A stretch of DNA of 52,011 nucleotides from Fibrobacteria bacterium (GTDB taxonomy: Bacteria > Fibrobacterota > Fibrobacteria > UBA11236). Location of the stretch: the NCBI GenBank assembly GCA_039917895.1, contig JBDSIO010000301.1, positions 1 through 52,011 of the forward strand, given 5' to 3'. The notes below the pieces were generated by a model, which saw only the letters and a list, made by a program, of their open reading frames with translations, did not search any database and was not told where the DNA came from. The position numbers and the translations under genes are program-made. This document shows, piece after piece, positions 27,487-36,595 of the stretch. Numbering within the stretch: the first letter of the stretch is position 1; each line of letters opens with the position of its first letter.

Positions 27487-28248
27487 GTGCTGCAACCCGT
27501 ACCAGGACCCGACCCGCGCCCCAAATCCCCGGCCGACCTGGTTTCCGGAACCATCGGCCTGATCATCCAGGCCCGCATGGGATCCTCGCGATTGCCCGGC
27601 AAATCCTTGTTGCAAGCGGGCGGCAAACCCATGCTCGCTTATCTGCTGGAAACCCTTGCGCATTCCGCTTTGGGACCCGTCGTGGTGGTGACCTCCGAAA
27701 CGCCGGCCGACGACGGTATCGCCGTCCTGGCCGACAGCATGGGCCTGGCTTGCGTTCGCGGCAGCGAATCCGACGTCTCCTCCAGGTTTGCGACGGCTAT
27801 CCGGCGCTTCGGCTTCGAGTCGTTCGTCCGCGTCTGCGGGGACAGTCCGCTCATGGATGCGGAAATGATCCGTCGCGCGATTGCGGAATTCGCGGAGGAG
27901 CCATGCGATATCGCGACCAACACCCAGCCACGCAGTTTTCCCAAGGGCCAAAGCGTGGAGGTGATCCGCAGCCGGTCTTTCCTGGCCGCGCTGCCGGAGT
28001 TCGACGAACCCGGGGATCGCGAGCATGTCACCCGCTGGTTTTACCGGAATCCCAGGCGCGTCCGCATCAGGAATTTCGCTAGCGGGGGCGATTGGGGCGC
28101 GGTACAGCATTCCGTCGACACGCCGGAGGATTTCCACCGCTTCCAAAGATTGCTGGCGGCGGCGCAACAACCGCATTGGCGGTGCCGCTGGTCCGACTGG
28201 GTGGCGATGGATACGAATCCCAATGGCGGCGGAAGCGGCCCAGGTTGA
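27487..28248 (+). CDS. SpsF-like cytidylyltransferase (CMP-nonulosonate synthetase family)
   Basis: IIQARMGSSRLPGK, VRVCGDSPL, REHVT, SVDTPEDF. Start uncertain (the ORF track gives 27379). Confidence 0.88.
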   Translation: MLQPVPGPDPRPKSPADLVSGTIGLIIQARMGSSRLPGKSLLQAGGKPMLAYLLETLAHSALGPVVVVTSETPADDGIAVLADSMGLACVRGSESDVSSRFATAIRRFGFESFVRVCGDSPLMDAEMIRRAIAEFAEEPCDIATNTQPRSFPKGQSVEVIRSRSFLAALPEFDEPGDREHVTRWFYRNPRRVRIRNFASGGDWGAVQHSVDTPEDFHRFQRLLAAAQQPHWRCRWSDWVAMDTNPNGGGSGPG

Positions 28249-29249
28249 AAAAACTGCGCGTTGGCATCATCGGGCTCGGGGTGGGGGAGCAGCATATCGC
28301 AGGGTGCGAAGGCGGAAGCGCCGGCGAAGCGGTCGTGCTGTGTGACTTTTCCCCGGAAAAGCTGCGCGAAGTTTCCGCGCGCCATCCCGGCATCGCGACC
28401 ACGGAACGCGCCGAGGACGTTCTCGACGATCCCGATATCGACGTAGTGTCCATCGCTTCCTGGGACAACCATCATTATCGCCAGGTCATGCGCGCAATCG
28501 AAAAGGGCAAGCACCTCTTCGTGGAGAAACCGCTTTGCCTCCAGCCCGGCGAAGCCCGGGACATCCGGCGCGCGCTGGCGGCCAAGCCCGGCCTGAAAAT
28601 GTCGTCCAATCTCATCCTGCGTCGCTCGAAACGCTTTCTTAAGGTCAAGGCCATGATCGCGGCCGGAAGGTTCGGCGATCTCTACCACCTTGAGGCCGAC
28701 TACAATTATGGCCGCCTGGAGAAGATTGTCGATGGCTGGCGCGGTCAAATCGAAGGCTATTCAGTGGTCCTGGGCGGCGGAGTGCATACCCTCGACCTGC
28801 TGATGTGGTTCTGCGGCAGCGACGTGACCGAGGTGACCGCTTACGGCAACCGCCTGTCCACCGGAGGCGCAAAAGCCCGTTTTGACGATTGCGTGGTGTC
28901 GATCCTGAAGTTCCGTAACGGGGCCACGGGAAAGATGGCGGCGAATTTCGGCTGCGTCCATCCCCACTTCCATCAGGTCGCGCTGTACGGCACGCGCGCC
29001 ACCTTTCTCAATACGCTCGATGGGGGGCGTCTCATCACCGATCGCAATCCTGCCGCGTCCGTCGAACCGGTTTCGGACGCCTATCCCGGTTGCCAGAAAG
29101 GTGAACTTCTCCGGGATTTCCTGGACAGCCTCGCGGCGGGACGGGAACCGGAAGTGCCGACCGGGGACGTTTTCAAGACCATTTCGGTTTGCTTCGCGAT
29201 CGAGGAATCCGCGCGCACAGGCGCGCCCGTGACCGTGGAATACATCTAG
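28245..29249 (+). CDS. Gfo/Idh/MocA-family oxidoreductase
   Basis: VGIIGLG, DVVSIAS, GKHLFVEKP, GGVHTLD. TTG start overlaps the upstream TGA. Confidence 0.9.
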   Translation: MKKLRVGIIGLGVGEQHIAGCEGGSAGEAVVLCDFSPEKLREVSARHPGIATTERAEDVLDDPDIDVVSIASWDNHHYRQVMRAIEKGKHLFVEKPLCLQPGEARDIRRALAAKPGLKMSSNLILRRSKRFLKVKAMIAAGRFGDLYHLEADYNYGRLEKIVDGWRGQIEGYSVVLGGGVHTLDLLMWFCGSDVTEVTAYGNRLSTGGAKARFDDCVVSILKFRNGATGKMAANFGCVHPHFHQVALYGTRATFLNTLDGGRLITDRNPAASVEPVSDAYPGCQKGELLRDFLDSLAAGREPEVPTGDVFKTISVCFAIEESARTGAPVTVEYI

Positions 29250-29258
29250 GAGGATCTC

Positions 29259-30401
29259 ATGGATCAGATACCGTTCGGCAGGCCCATTTTCGGGGAAGAG
29301 GAAGGCAAGGCCATCCTGGCCGTCATGGCCTCGGGAACCTTGGTTCACGGCCCCAAGCTCAAGGAGTTCGAAGAGGCGTTCGGCAGGTTCACCGGCGCCC
29401 CCCATTGCGTGGCCGTGGCCAATTGCACCGCGGCCCTGCACTTGGCGTACTTCTATTTGGGCATCAAGGCCGGGGACGAAGTCATCGTTCCCGCCCAGAC
29501 CCATACGGCTACGGCCCATGCGGTGGAATTGGCAGGCGGAAAGCCGGTCTTCATCGACGCCGAAGCCGTCACAGGCAACATCGACATCAGCCGCATCGAG
29601 GCCGCCATCACTCCGCGCACCAAGGCGCTGTCCATCGTGCACTATCTGGGCATGCCGGTTGAAATGGACAGGATTATGGCCATCGCCAAGAAGCACAACC
29701 TCTTCGTCGTCGAGGATTGCGCGCTCGCCACGGGCACCTACTACAACGGCGTGCATGCCGGCCTCCATGGCGACGTGGGCTGCTTTTCCTTTTATCCCGC
29801 CAAGCATATGACCACGTCCGAAGGCGGCATGCTCATCACCAAGCACGAAAAAGTAGCCGCCGCCATCAGCAAGCAGCGGGCTTTCGGGATGGACCGGCAT
29901 GTGGGCGAGCGTACGATTCCCGGGGTCTACGACGTCCAGGGACTGGGCTTCAATTACCGCATGAGCGAGATCAACGCCGCCATGGGGGTGGAGCAGCTCA
30001 AGCGCCTGCCGGGATTCCTGTCCAAACGGACGGAGAACCACGGCGCCCTGACCCGGGCCTTGACCGGTATGCAGGGTATTTCCATGCTACTATCGGAGCG
30101 CCCGGGATCCGTCCACAGCTTCTATTGCCACACCATCATACTCGATGAGGCCCTGGTTCCCAAAAGGGTCGATATCATCAAATACCTCAACCAAAACGGC
30201 GTGGGAACCAGCATCTATTATCCCCATCCGGTCCCGTACATGACATTTTACCGTCAAAAGTACGGCTACAAAGAGGGGGATTTTCCGGTAGCTGCGCGGA
30301 TTAGCGACAATTCCATCGCTTTGCCCGTTGGACCGCATATTGGGCTAAAGGAAATGGAAAAAATTGCCGAAACATTGGAAAAGGCAATCCGCCGCATTTG
30401 A
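29259..30401 (+). CDS. DegT/DnrJ/EryC1/StrS sugar aminotransferase
   Basis: ANCTAALHLA, VVEDCA, FSFYPAKHMTTSEGG (PLP Lys), GFNYRMSE. Confidence 0.95.
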   Translation: MDQIPFGRPIFGEEEGKAILAVMASGTLVHGPKLKEFEEAFGRFTGAPHCVAVANCTAALHLAYFYLGIKAGDEVIVPAQTHTATAHAVELAGGKPVFIDAEAVTGNIDISRIEAAITPRTKALSIVHYLGMPVEMDRIMAIAKKHNLFVVEDCALATGTYYNGVHAGLHGDVGCFSFYPAKHMTTSEGGMLITKHEKVAAAISKQRAFGMDRHVGERTIPGVYDVQGLGFNYRMSEINAAMGVEQLKRLPGFLSKRTENHGALTRALTGMQGISMLLSERPGSVHSFYCHTIILDEALVPKRVDIIKYLNQNGVGTSIYYPHPVPYMTFYRQKYGYKEGDFPVAARISDNSIALPVGPHIGLKEMEKIAETLEKAIRRI

Positions 30402-30410
30402 GGAGTCTCC

Positions 30411-31472
30411 ATGATCGATTTAAAAGGCAAGCGCGTAATCCTGGTCGGAGGAGCCGGATTCATCGGCCATCATATGGCCTTGGCCTTGAAGACCAAGGGC
30501 GTTCAAGTCGAGATCATGGACAGCCTGGAAGTGAACAACCTCTGTGCGTTCCTGAACAGCTCGGTCGAAATTCCCGGCCGGGACCGCTACGTGAAAATCC
30601 TCCACGAGAGGCTGGAACTGCTTTCCCGCGCCGGCATTCCCGTGCACGTGCAAGACGCCCGCGACTACCATAAGACCGCGCAGTTGGTGGCCCGTATCAA
30701 GCCGCATGCCATCGTGCATCTGGCCGCCATTTCCCACGCCGGCAAATCCAACAAGGACCCCTACAGCACATTCGATCACAGCCTACGGACCCTGGAGAAT
30801 TCCTTGGACGCAGCCAAGGATACGGGCGCCCATTTCATCTACTTCTCCTCAAGCATGGTCTATGGCAATTTCCCCGACGGGTTCGCTTCCGAAGACACCC
30901 CGTGCAATCCCATCGGCATTTACGGAGCCTTGAAGTTCGCCGGCGAAAAAATGGTCATCGCCTACAACCAGGTGTTCAACCTGCCTTTCACCATCGTCCG
31001 ACCTTCCGCCCTGTACGGCGAACGCTGCGTGAGCCGCCGCGTGGGCCAAATCTTCATCGAGAATGCCCTGGACGGCACGGAAATCACCATCAACGGCAAA
31101 GGCACCGACGCCTTGGACTTCACCTACGTGGAAGACCTGGTCGGCGGCGTGGTCAATGTTCTCGAGAACGAGAATTCCCGCGGCGAGACGTTCAACCTCA
31201 CCTTCGGAAAATCCCGTTCCCTGAACGAAATGATCGAAATCCTGTCCAACCATTTCCCCAACGTGCGGGTCAATTATCTGCCCAAGGACGCCCTGATGCC
31301 GGACCGCGGGACCCTGGACATCTCGAAAGCGCGCCGTTTGATCGGGTATAATCCCCGGAATCCCCTTGAAAAGGGATACCTGCGTTACATAAACTGGTAC
31401 AAAGAACACGTCGGAAAGCAGGACTGGACCATGGTCGGCAAGATCGAGGTCCCGGCCGGCGCCGTACGCTGA
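30411..31472 (+). CDS. NAD-dependent epimerase/dehydratase (extended SDR)
   Basis: GGAGFIG, HLAA, SSSMVYG, YGALK (YxxxK), DFTYVED. Confidence 0.93.
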   Translation: MIDLKGKRVILVGGAGFIGHHMALALKTKGVQVEIMDSLEVNNLCAFLNSSVEIPGRDRYVKILHERLELLSRAGIPVHVQDARDYHKTAQLVARIKPHAIVHLAAISHAGKSNKDPYSTFDHSLRTLENSLDAAKDTGAHFIYFSSSMVYGNFPDGFASEDTPCNPIGIYGALKFAGEKMVIAYNQVFNLPFTIVRPSALYGERCVSRRVGQIFIENALDGTEITINGKGTDALDFTYVEDLVGGVVNVLENENSRGETFNLTFGKSRSLNEMIEILSNHFPNVRVNYLPKDALMPDRGTLDISKARRLIGYNPRNPLEKGYLRYINWYKEHVGKQDWTMVGKIEVPAGAVR

Positions 31473-31506
31473 AGGACGGCGCTTCCGCCGTACCAGGGAG
31501 GCGCTC

Positions 31507-32451
31507 CTGAAACTGGTTTTTTTCGGCAACGGCCAACGCGGCATCACCTGCCTGAAAGCCGTCCTCGCGGACGGCTTTCGCATCGATCAGGCGGTTTCCC
31601 ATCCCACCGGTCCCGGTTCCTGGAAGGGATCCTTCGCGGAAGCGGCAGTCTCCGCCGGGCTTCCCCTCCTGCAACCTGAAAATCCGAACGACCCCGACTT
31701 CATCGCGCGCATCCGGGAGGCCGCTCCCGACCTCGTCGTACTGGGCGGTTACGGAAAGATCCTCAAAGGTCCGATCCTCCAAGTGCCCAGGCTCATGTGC
31801 ATCAACCTGCATGGAGGCCGGCTTCCGAAATACCGCGGGTCTTCGCCTCTCAATTGGGCCCTGATCAATGGGGACAAGGAATTCGGGATATCCATCATCA
31901 AGGTGGATACCGGCGTCGACACCGGGGATCTGCTGCTGGAGCGGCTCTTTCCCATCGCCGCCGGGGATACCATCGCGGACCTGCACCATACTGTCAATGC
32001 CCGATTCCCGCCCCTGCTGGTCGAGGCCCTGCGCGGAGTGCGCGACGGCACCCTGGCGCCGCGCAAACAGCCTTCCGGGGGTTCTTATTACCCCTTGCGT
32101 TTCTCCGAGGACGGATTCGTCCTGTGGGACATGCTGACCGCGGAACAAGCGCATAACCGCATCCGCGCGCTGACCGAGCCCTATCCATGCGCCTTCAGCC
32201 ATTACGGCGGACGCAAGGTGAAACTCCTGGCCTCGGAGCTGCCAGAAGAGGATTTCCACGGAGAACCGGGACGGATCTACCGCATTTCCAAAAAAGGCGT
32301 GCTGGTATGCGCCTCGGACAAGTGCCTATGGCTCACCCGCGCGGAGTTCGAAGATGGCACCGGGCTCTCCGCTGCCGCCGAGCGATACGCCAAGCTGGAC
32401 ACGGTCCGCGATTTCATCCTGACATCCATTGCCCAGGGAGGCGCCCGTTGA
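31507..32451 (+). CDS. Sugar N-formyltransferase (Fmt/ArnA-like, with C-terminal domain); probable CTG start
   Basis: The frame extends 92 codons upstream of the listed ORF: (M)KLVFFGNGQRG...PDLVVLGGYGKIL...INLHGGRLPKYRGSSP, VDTGD, IRALTEPYP. GGAGG lies 5 nt before CTG 31507. Confidence 0.88.
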   Translation: MKLVFFGNGQRGITCLKAVLADGFRIDQAVSHPTGPGSWKGSFAEAAVSAGLPLLQPENPNDPDFIARIREAAPDLVVLGGYGKILKGPILQVPRLMCINLHGGRLPKYRGSSPLNWALINGDKEFGISIIKVDTGVDTGDLLLERLFPIAAGDTIADLHHTVNARFPPLLVEALRGVRDGTLAPRKQPSGGSYYPLRFSEDGFVLWDMLTAEQAHNRIRALTEPYPCAFSHYGGRKVKLLASELPEEDFHGEPGRIYRISKKGVLVCASDKCLWLTRAEFEDGTGLSAAAERYAKLDTVRDFILTSIAQGGAR

Positions 32452-33458
32452 AGATCGGTTCATTCGATACGCGTGAAAAGGTTTTGGTGGTGGCCGAGGT
32501 CGGCAACAACCATGAAGGCAGCTATGCGTTGGCCGAAGAGATGGTGGGACGGGCCGCCGAGGCGGGCGCGGGCGCGGTCAAGTTCCAGACCTTCCGTACC
32601 GAGCATTACGTGAGCGCTTCCGACGAGGCCCGTTTCAAGCGGCTCAAATCGTTCGAGCTTAAGCCCGCCGACTTCGAAAAACTCGCCGCGGTGGCACGCC
32701 GCGCCGGGATCCTGTTCATCTCCACGCCTTTCGATCTGCAAAGCGCGGAAGTCCTGGCGCCGCTCGTGGATGCCTACAAAATCTCATCTTCGGACAACAC
32801 CTTTTATCCCCTGATGGAAAAGGTGGCCAAAGTCGGCAAGCCCGTCATAGTCTCCTGCGGCCTCTCCGGCATGGAAGAGGTGGTGCATTCCGCGTCCTAC
32901 CTCCGGCGCGTTTGGCGCGAGGCCGGCATTTCGCAGGATCTCGCCGTGCTTCATTGCGTCAGCGCCTATCCCGTTCCGCCCGAGGACGCGAGCCTGCTTT
33001 CCATCCGCGCGCTCCGGAAGGCCCTGCCGGACACCATAGGATATTCCGATCACACCCTGGGCGTGGAAGCGGCCTTGCTGGCCGTGACCCTGGGCGCCGA
33101 GATCATCGAGAAGCATTTCACCCTCGACAAGAACCAGAGCGACTTCCGCGATCACAAGATATCCTCCGATCCCGTGGAGCTTCGGCAGCTGGTGGACGGC
33201 ATCGTCCGGGTGAGGACGCTGTTGGGCAAACGCGGTAAGGAAGTCCAGGCAAGCGAGAAGGGCGGACTGACCGCCATGCGCCGTTCCATCGTGGCCGCGC
33301 AGGATATGGCTGCGGGCGAAACCATCACCTGGGACAAAATCACCTGGACCCGTCCCGCGGGTGGCCTGCCTCCCGGACGCGAGACCTCCCTGCTGGGCGA
33401 GAAGTTGCGCGCGGCGGTTAAAGCCGGGGACAAGCTGGGGCTAGAGTCCCTGGCCTAG
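32448..33458 (+). CDS. N-acetylneuraminate/nonulosonate synthase family (NeuB/PseI/LegI/SpsE) with SAF domain
   Basis: AEVGNNHEG, AVKFQ, STPFD, LHCVSAYP, GYSDHTLG, IEKHFTLD, RRSIVA..RPAGG. TTG start overlaps the upstream TGA. Confidence 0.95.
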   Translation: MKIGSFDTREKVLVVAEVGNNHEGSYALAEEMVGRAAEAGAGAVKFQTFRTEHYVSASDEARFKRLKSFELKPADFEKLAAVARRAGILFISTPFDLQSAEVLAPLVDAYKISSSDNTFYPLMEKVAKVGKPVIVSCGLSGMEEVVHSASYLRRVWREAGISQDLAVLHCVSAYPVPPEDASLLSIRALRKALPDTIGYSDHTLGVEAALLAVTLGAEIIEKHFTLDKNQSDFRDHKISSDPVELRQLVDGIVRVRTLLGKRGKEVQASEKGGLTAMRRSIVAAQDMAAGETITWDKITWTRPAGGLPPGRETSLLGEKLRAAVKAGDKLGLESLA

Positions 33459-33466
33459 GCCGTCCC

Positions 33467-34180
33467 ATGAACATCGCATTCCTGACCACCGATACCCTGC
33501 ACCATGCGTTCTTCGCGAGGGAACTGGCCAAGGCCTTTCCCATCCAAATCGCCTTGCTCGAATCCAAGCCTCCGGCCCAGCCTTTCCCTTGCGCTCATGC
33601 TTTCGAAGCGGAACGGGATGGGCACGAACGCCGCGTCTTTTTCTCGGGAGGCGAGGCATCGGTGAAGGATTTCGCGCCCTCCCGGGAGTTCGCGGACGTG
33701 AACGCGCCGGAAGCCCTGGCAGTTCTGCGCGAGGCGCGCCCGGAGGCCGTGCTGGTGTTCGGCACCGGTAAGCTGAAAGGGCCGCTAATCGATATGTTTC
33801 CGGGCCGCCTGGTGAACCTCCATGGGGGAGACCCGGAGGAATACCGCGGCCTCGACTCACACCTTTGGGCCGTCTACCACAAGGAATTCCAAAGCCTCGT
33901 GACCACGCTCCATTTCGTGGACAAGGGTCTCGATACGGGCCGCATCATCCAACAGGTGGACGTCCCTCTGTCGAAGGGAATGGCGCTGCCGGAGCTGCGG
34001 GCGGCCAATACGCGCGCCTGCCTGGAACTGTGCCTGTCCGCCTTTTCCGCCTGCGAACGCCTGGGGCGCTTTCCGTCGCGGCGCCAGCGCCGCAAGGGGA
34101 GATATTACGGCGCCATGCCAGCGGTATTGAAGGATCTCTGCGTGACCCGCTTCGCGGCGCATACCGGGAGTCTGCCGTGA
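33467..34180 (+). CDS. Second formyltransferase (N-terminal domain only)
   Basis: VFGTGKL, VNLHGGDPEEYRG, TLHFVDKGLDTG. Confidence 0.88.
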   Translation: MNIAFLTTDTLHHAFFARELAKAFPIQIALLESKPPAQPFPCAHAFEAERDGHERRVFFSGGEASVKDFAPSREFADVNAPEALAVLREARPEAVLVFGTGKLKGPLIDMFPGRLVNLHGGDPEEYRGLDSHLWAVYHKEFQSLVTTLHFVDKGLDTGRIIQQVDVPLSKGMALPELRAANTRACLELCLSAFSACERLGRFPSRRQRRKGRYYGAMPAVLKDLCVTRFAAHTGSLP

Positions 34181-35082
34181 AATTCAGCGATCGCCTCTCC
34201 GAGGGCGCCTGCGCCATCTTCCTGTTGCATGGCGTGGTCGAGCGGAACCGCGCTCCGGTGCGCAATTACAATCGCAAGCATATCGAACTGGACTATTTCC
34301 GGGATTTCCTGATCGACCTGGGCGCACATGGAACCTCGCTGTCCATGGACGAGGTGCTGGAACATTGCCGGGCCGGATCGGACTTTCCGGACCGTTCCTT
34401 CGCGATCACCTTCGACGACGGCTTCGAGAACAACAGCACGGTGGCGGCGCCCGTCCTCGAAGAGCTGGGAATTCCGGCCACCTTTTACGTGACGACGCGC
34501 TTCATCGATGAGAACGGCATGTCCTGGATCGACCGTATCGAGGCCGTGTTGGAGGATGCGCCTCCGGGATCGCTTCGGCTTCCCTGGTCACCGGAAGCAA
34601 GGTCCTTCACGACCTCGGCCGACAAGATCGCTTTGCTGGACGAAATCCGCCGCGTTGTCAAAAGCGATCCGCGTTGCGACACGGACGCGTTGGCCGCCGA
34701 TTTATCCGCCCGCTTGGACAGACCGCCCGTGGCATGCGGCGATGGGCCTTTGGATCGGAAAATGTCCTGGTCCATGGTCAATGCCCTGAGCCGGAATCCC
34801 CTGTTCCGGGTAGGCGGGCATTCCCACACCCATCGCATCATGGCTTTCCTGGAAGCGGAAGAGCTCGACCGCGAGGTTTCCAAAAGCCTTTCCCTGCTGG
34901 CAGCGAAAGGCGGCATCAGGTCCGTGCATTATTCCTACCCGGAAGGACTGGATCATTGCTACAACGAGGCGGTCATCCGCCGCCTGCAAGCAGGCGGAGT
35001 GCGATGCTGCCCCACCGCCGTGGACGGCATCATCCGCAAAGGCGCCGATCCGTTCAAACTGAGAAGGATCATGGTCTCATGA
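34177..35082 (+). CDS. Polysaccharide deacetylase (NodB/CE4) family
   Basis: ITFDDGF, PATFYV, GGHSHTH, YSYPEG. GTGA overlap with the upstream gene. Confidence 0.9.
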   Translation: MKFSDRLSEGACAIFLLHGVVERNRAPVRNYNRKHIELDYFRDFLIDLGAHGTSLSMDEVLEHCRAGSDFPDRSFAITFDDGFENNSTVAAPVLEELGIPATFYVTTRFIDENGMSWIDRIEAVLEDAPPGSLRLPWSPEARSFTTSADKIALLDEIRRVVKSDPRCDTDALAADLSARLDRPPVACGDGPLDRKMSWSMVNALSRNPLFRVGGHSHTHRIMAFLEAEELDREVSKSLSLLAAKGGIRSVHYSYPEGLDHCYNEAVIRRLQAGGVRCCPTAVDGIIRKGADPFKLRRIMVS

Positions 35083-36197
35083 AATATTGCCAGAAATGCG
35101 TCCTCCCCGATACCCGGCCCAACCTGATGCTGGACGCGGACGGCGTCTGCGACGCCTGCGGATCTTCCCTGGGGAAGCGAGACGTGGATTGGCCGGCGCG
35201 CGAGGCGGATTTCCGCGCCGTGGTCAACAACGCCAAGGCCAAGAGCAAGGGCTACGATTGCCTAATCCCGGTGAGCGGCGGCAAGGACAGCACCTGGCAG
35301 GTGGTCCGCTGCCTGGAGTACGGACTCAATCCCCTGGCCGTGACCTGGAGGACGCCCGCGCGCACGCCCATCGGCCAGTCCAACCTGGACAACCTCATCA
35401 GCCTGGGCGTCGACCACATCGATTACCAGGTCAATCCCAAGGTGGAACGGAAGTTCCTCATTCTCGCCTTGGAGAAGTACGGCAGCACCGCCGTTCCCAT
35501 GCATATGGCCCTGTTCAACATCCCCCTGCGCATCGCGGCCAAGTTCGACATCCCCTTGGTGGTCTACGGGGAGAATTCCGCTGCGGAGTACGGCGGCAAG
35601 GATGAAGCCCAAAAGGGATTCAAGCTCGACGGAAATTGGCTCCGCCGCTTCGGCGTCACCCACGGCACCACGGCGGCCGATTGGGTAGGGCCCGATTTGT
35701 CGGAAAAGGAAATGACGCCGTATTTCGGCCCCAACGATGCGGAGATGGAGGCAAAGGGCATCTCGGCCATTTTCCTGGGGCACTATTTCCCCTGGGATCC
35801 CCTGACCAGCCTGGAGTCGGCCAAGCGCCATGGGTTCAGGGTGCGCGAGGAAGGGCCCAAGACCGGGTATTACAACTTCGCCGACATCGATGACGATTTC
35901 ATCTCCATCCACCATTTCATCAAGTGGTACAAGTTCGGATTCACGCGCCTGTGGGATAACCTGTCCCTGGAAATCCGCAATGGCCGCATGACCCGGGACG
36001 AGGCGGTGAAGATCATCCGCGAACGCGGGGACGAGACGCCGCAAGAGGACATCGCCAAATTCTGCGCCTTCACGGCCATCACGGAAGCGCGGTTATTTGA
36101 AATCGCGGAGACGTTCCGCAATAAGGAAATCTGGAAGCGTGAAGGATCGAAATGGACAATGCCGGGATTCCTGATCCCGGACTGGAGGTGGAAGTGA
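35079..36197 (+). CDS. N-acetyl sugar amidotransferase (WbuX/PseA/WbpG family)
   Basis: MKYCQKC...CDAC, SGGKDS PP-loop, YGEN..EYGG, KFGFTR, EIRNGRMTRDEA. Confidence 0.92.
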   Translation: MKYCQKCVLPDTRPNLMLDADGVCDACGSSLGKRDVDWPAREADFRAVVNNAKAKSKGYDCLIPVSGGKDSTWQVVRCLEYGLNPLAVTWRTPARTPIGQSNLDNLISLGVDHIDYQVNPKVERKFLILALEKYGSTAVPMHMALFNIPLRIAAKFDIPLVVYGENSAAEYGGKDEAQKGFKLDGNWLRRFGVTHGTTAADWVGPDLSEKEMTPYFGPNDAEMEAKGISAIFLGHYFPWDPLTSLESAKRHGFRVREEGPKTGYYNFADIDDDFISIHHFIKWYKFGFTRLWDNLSLEIRNGRMTRDEAVKIIRERGDETPQEDIAKFCAFTAITEARLFEIAETFRNKEIWKREGSKWTMPGFLIPDWRWK

Positions 36198-36586
36198 AAT
36201 TCGAACCCAAACAGCCCCCGCGCACTTTCCAGGTGGGCAAGCTGACCGATATCGTGCTCAAGGATTGCGGCAAAATGGCCCTCGAACCGGGTGAACAGGT
36301 AACCTTCACAACGGAGCAGGGAGGGGAATACGACGTGCTGCGGAAGGAATGGGGGTTCTACGCCACACCTTCGCTGAATGCGCGTCTGCCCCAGTTCGGC
36401 CTGCGCGCCTGCCTGGTAAGCAGCCCTTCGGGGCGGTATTACATCTTCATGCTGGAAAAGGGCAAGGAAGATTCCTTTTGGGCTTATATGACTGCCGAGG
36501 AACACTCCGTGGTGAGCTGGCTGGACGATACCGAGGGAATGAAGGCCGTCGCGGCCCGCATTTCCGCAGGCGGACAGAAAGGCTGA
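36194..36586 (+). CDS. Hypothetical protein (130 aa)
   Basis: GTGA-coupled to the amidotransferase, with a GGAGG RBS. Sequence includes PPRTFQVG, DCG, EQVTF, EYDV.RK.WGFYATPSLN.RL. Confidence 0.8.
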   Translation: MKFEPKQPPRTFQVGKLTDIVLKDCGKMALEPGEQVTFTTEQGGEYDVLRKEWGFYATPSLNARLPQFGLRACLVSSPSGRYYIFMLEKGKEDSFWAYMTAEEHSVVSWLDDTEGMKAVAARISAGGQKG

Positions 36587-36595
36587 GTCAGGAGC

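Noticed and set aside
31783-32451. N-terminally truncated formyltransferase pseudogene
   Set aside because: The reading frame is open and homologous back to CTG 31507, which has a good RBS.
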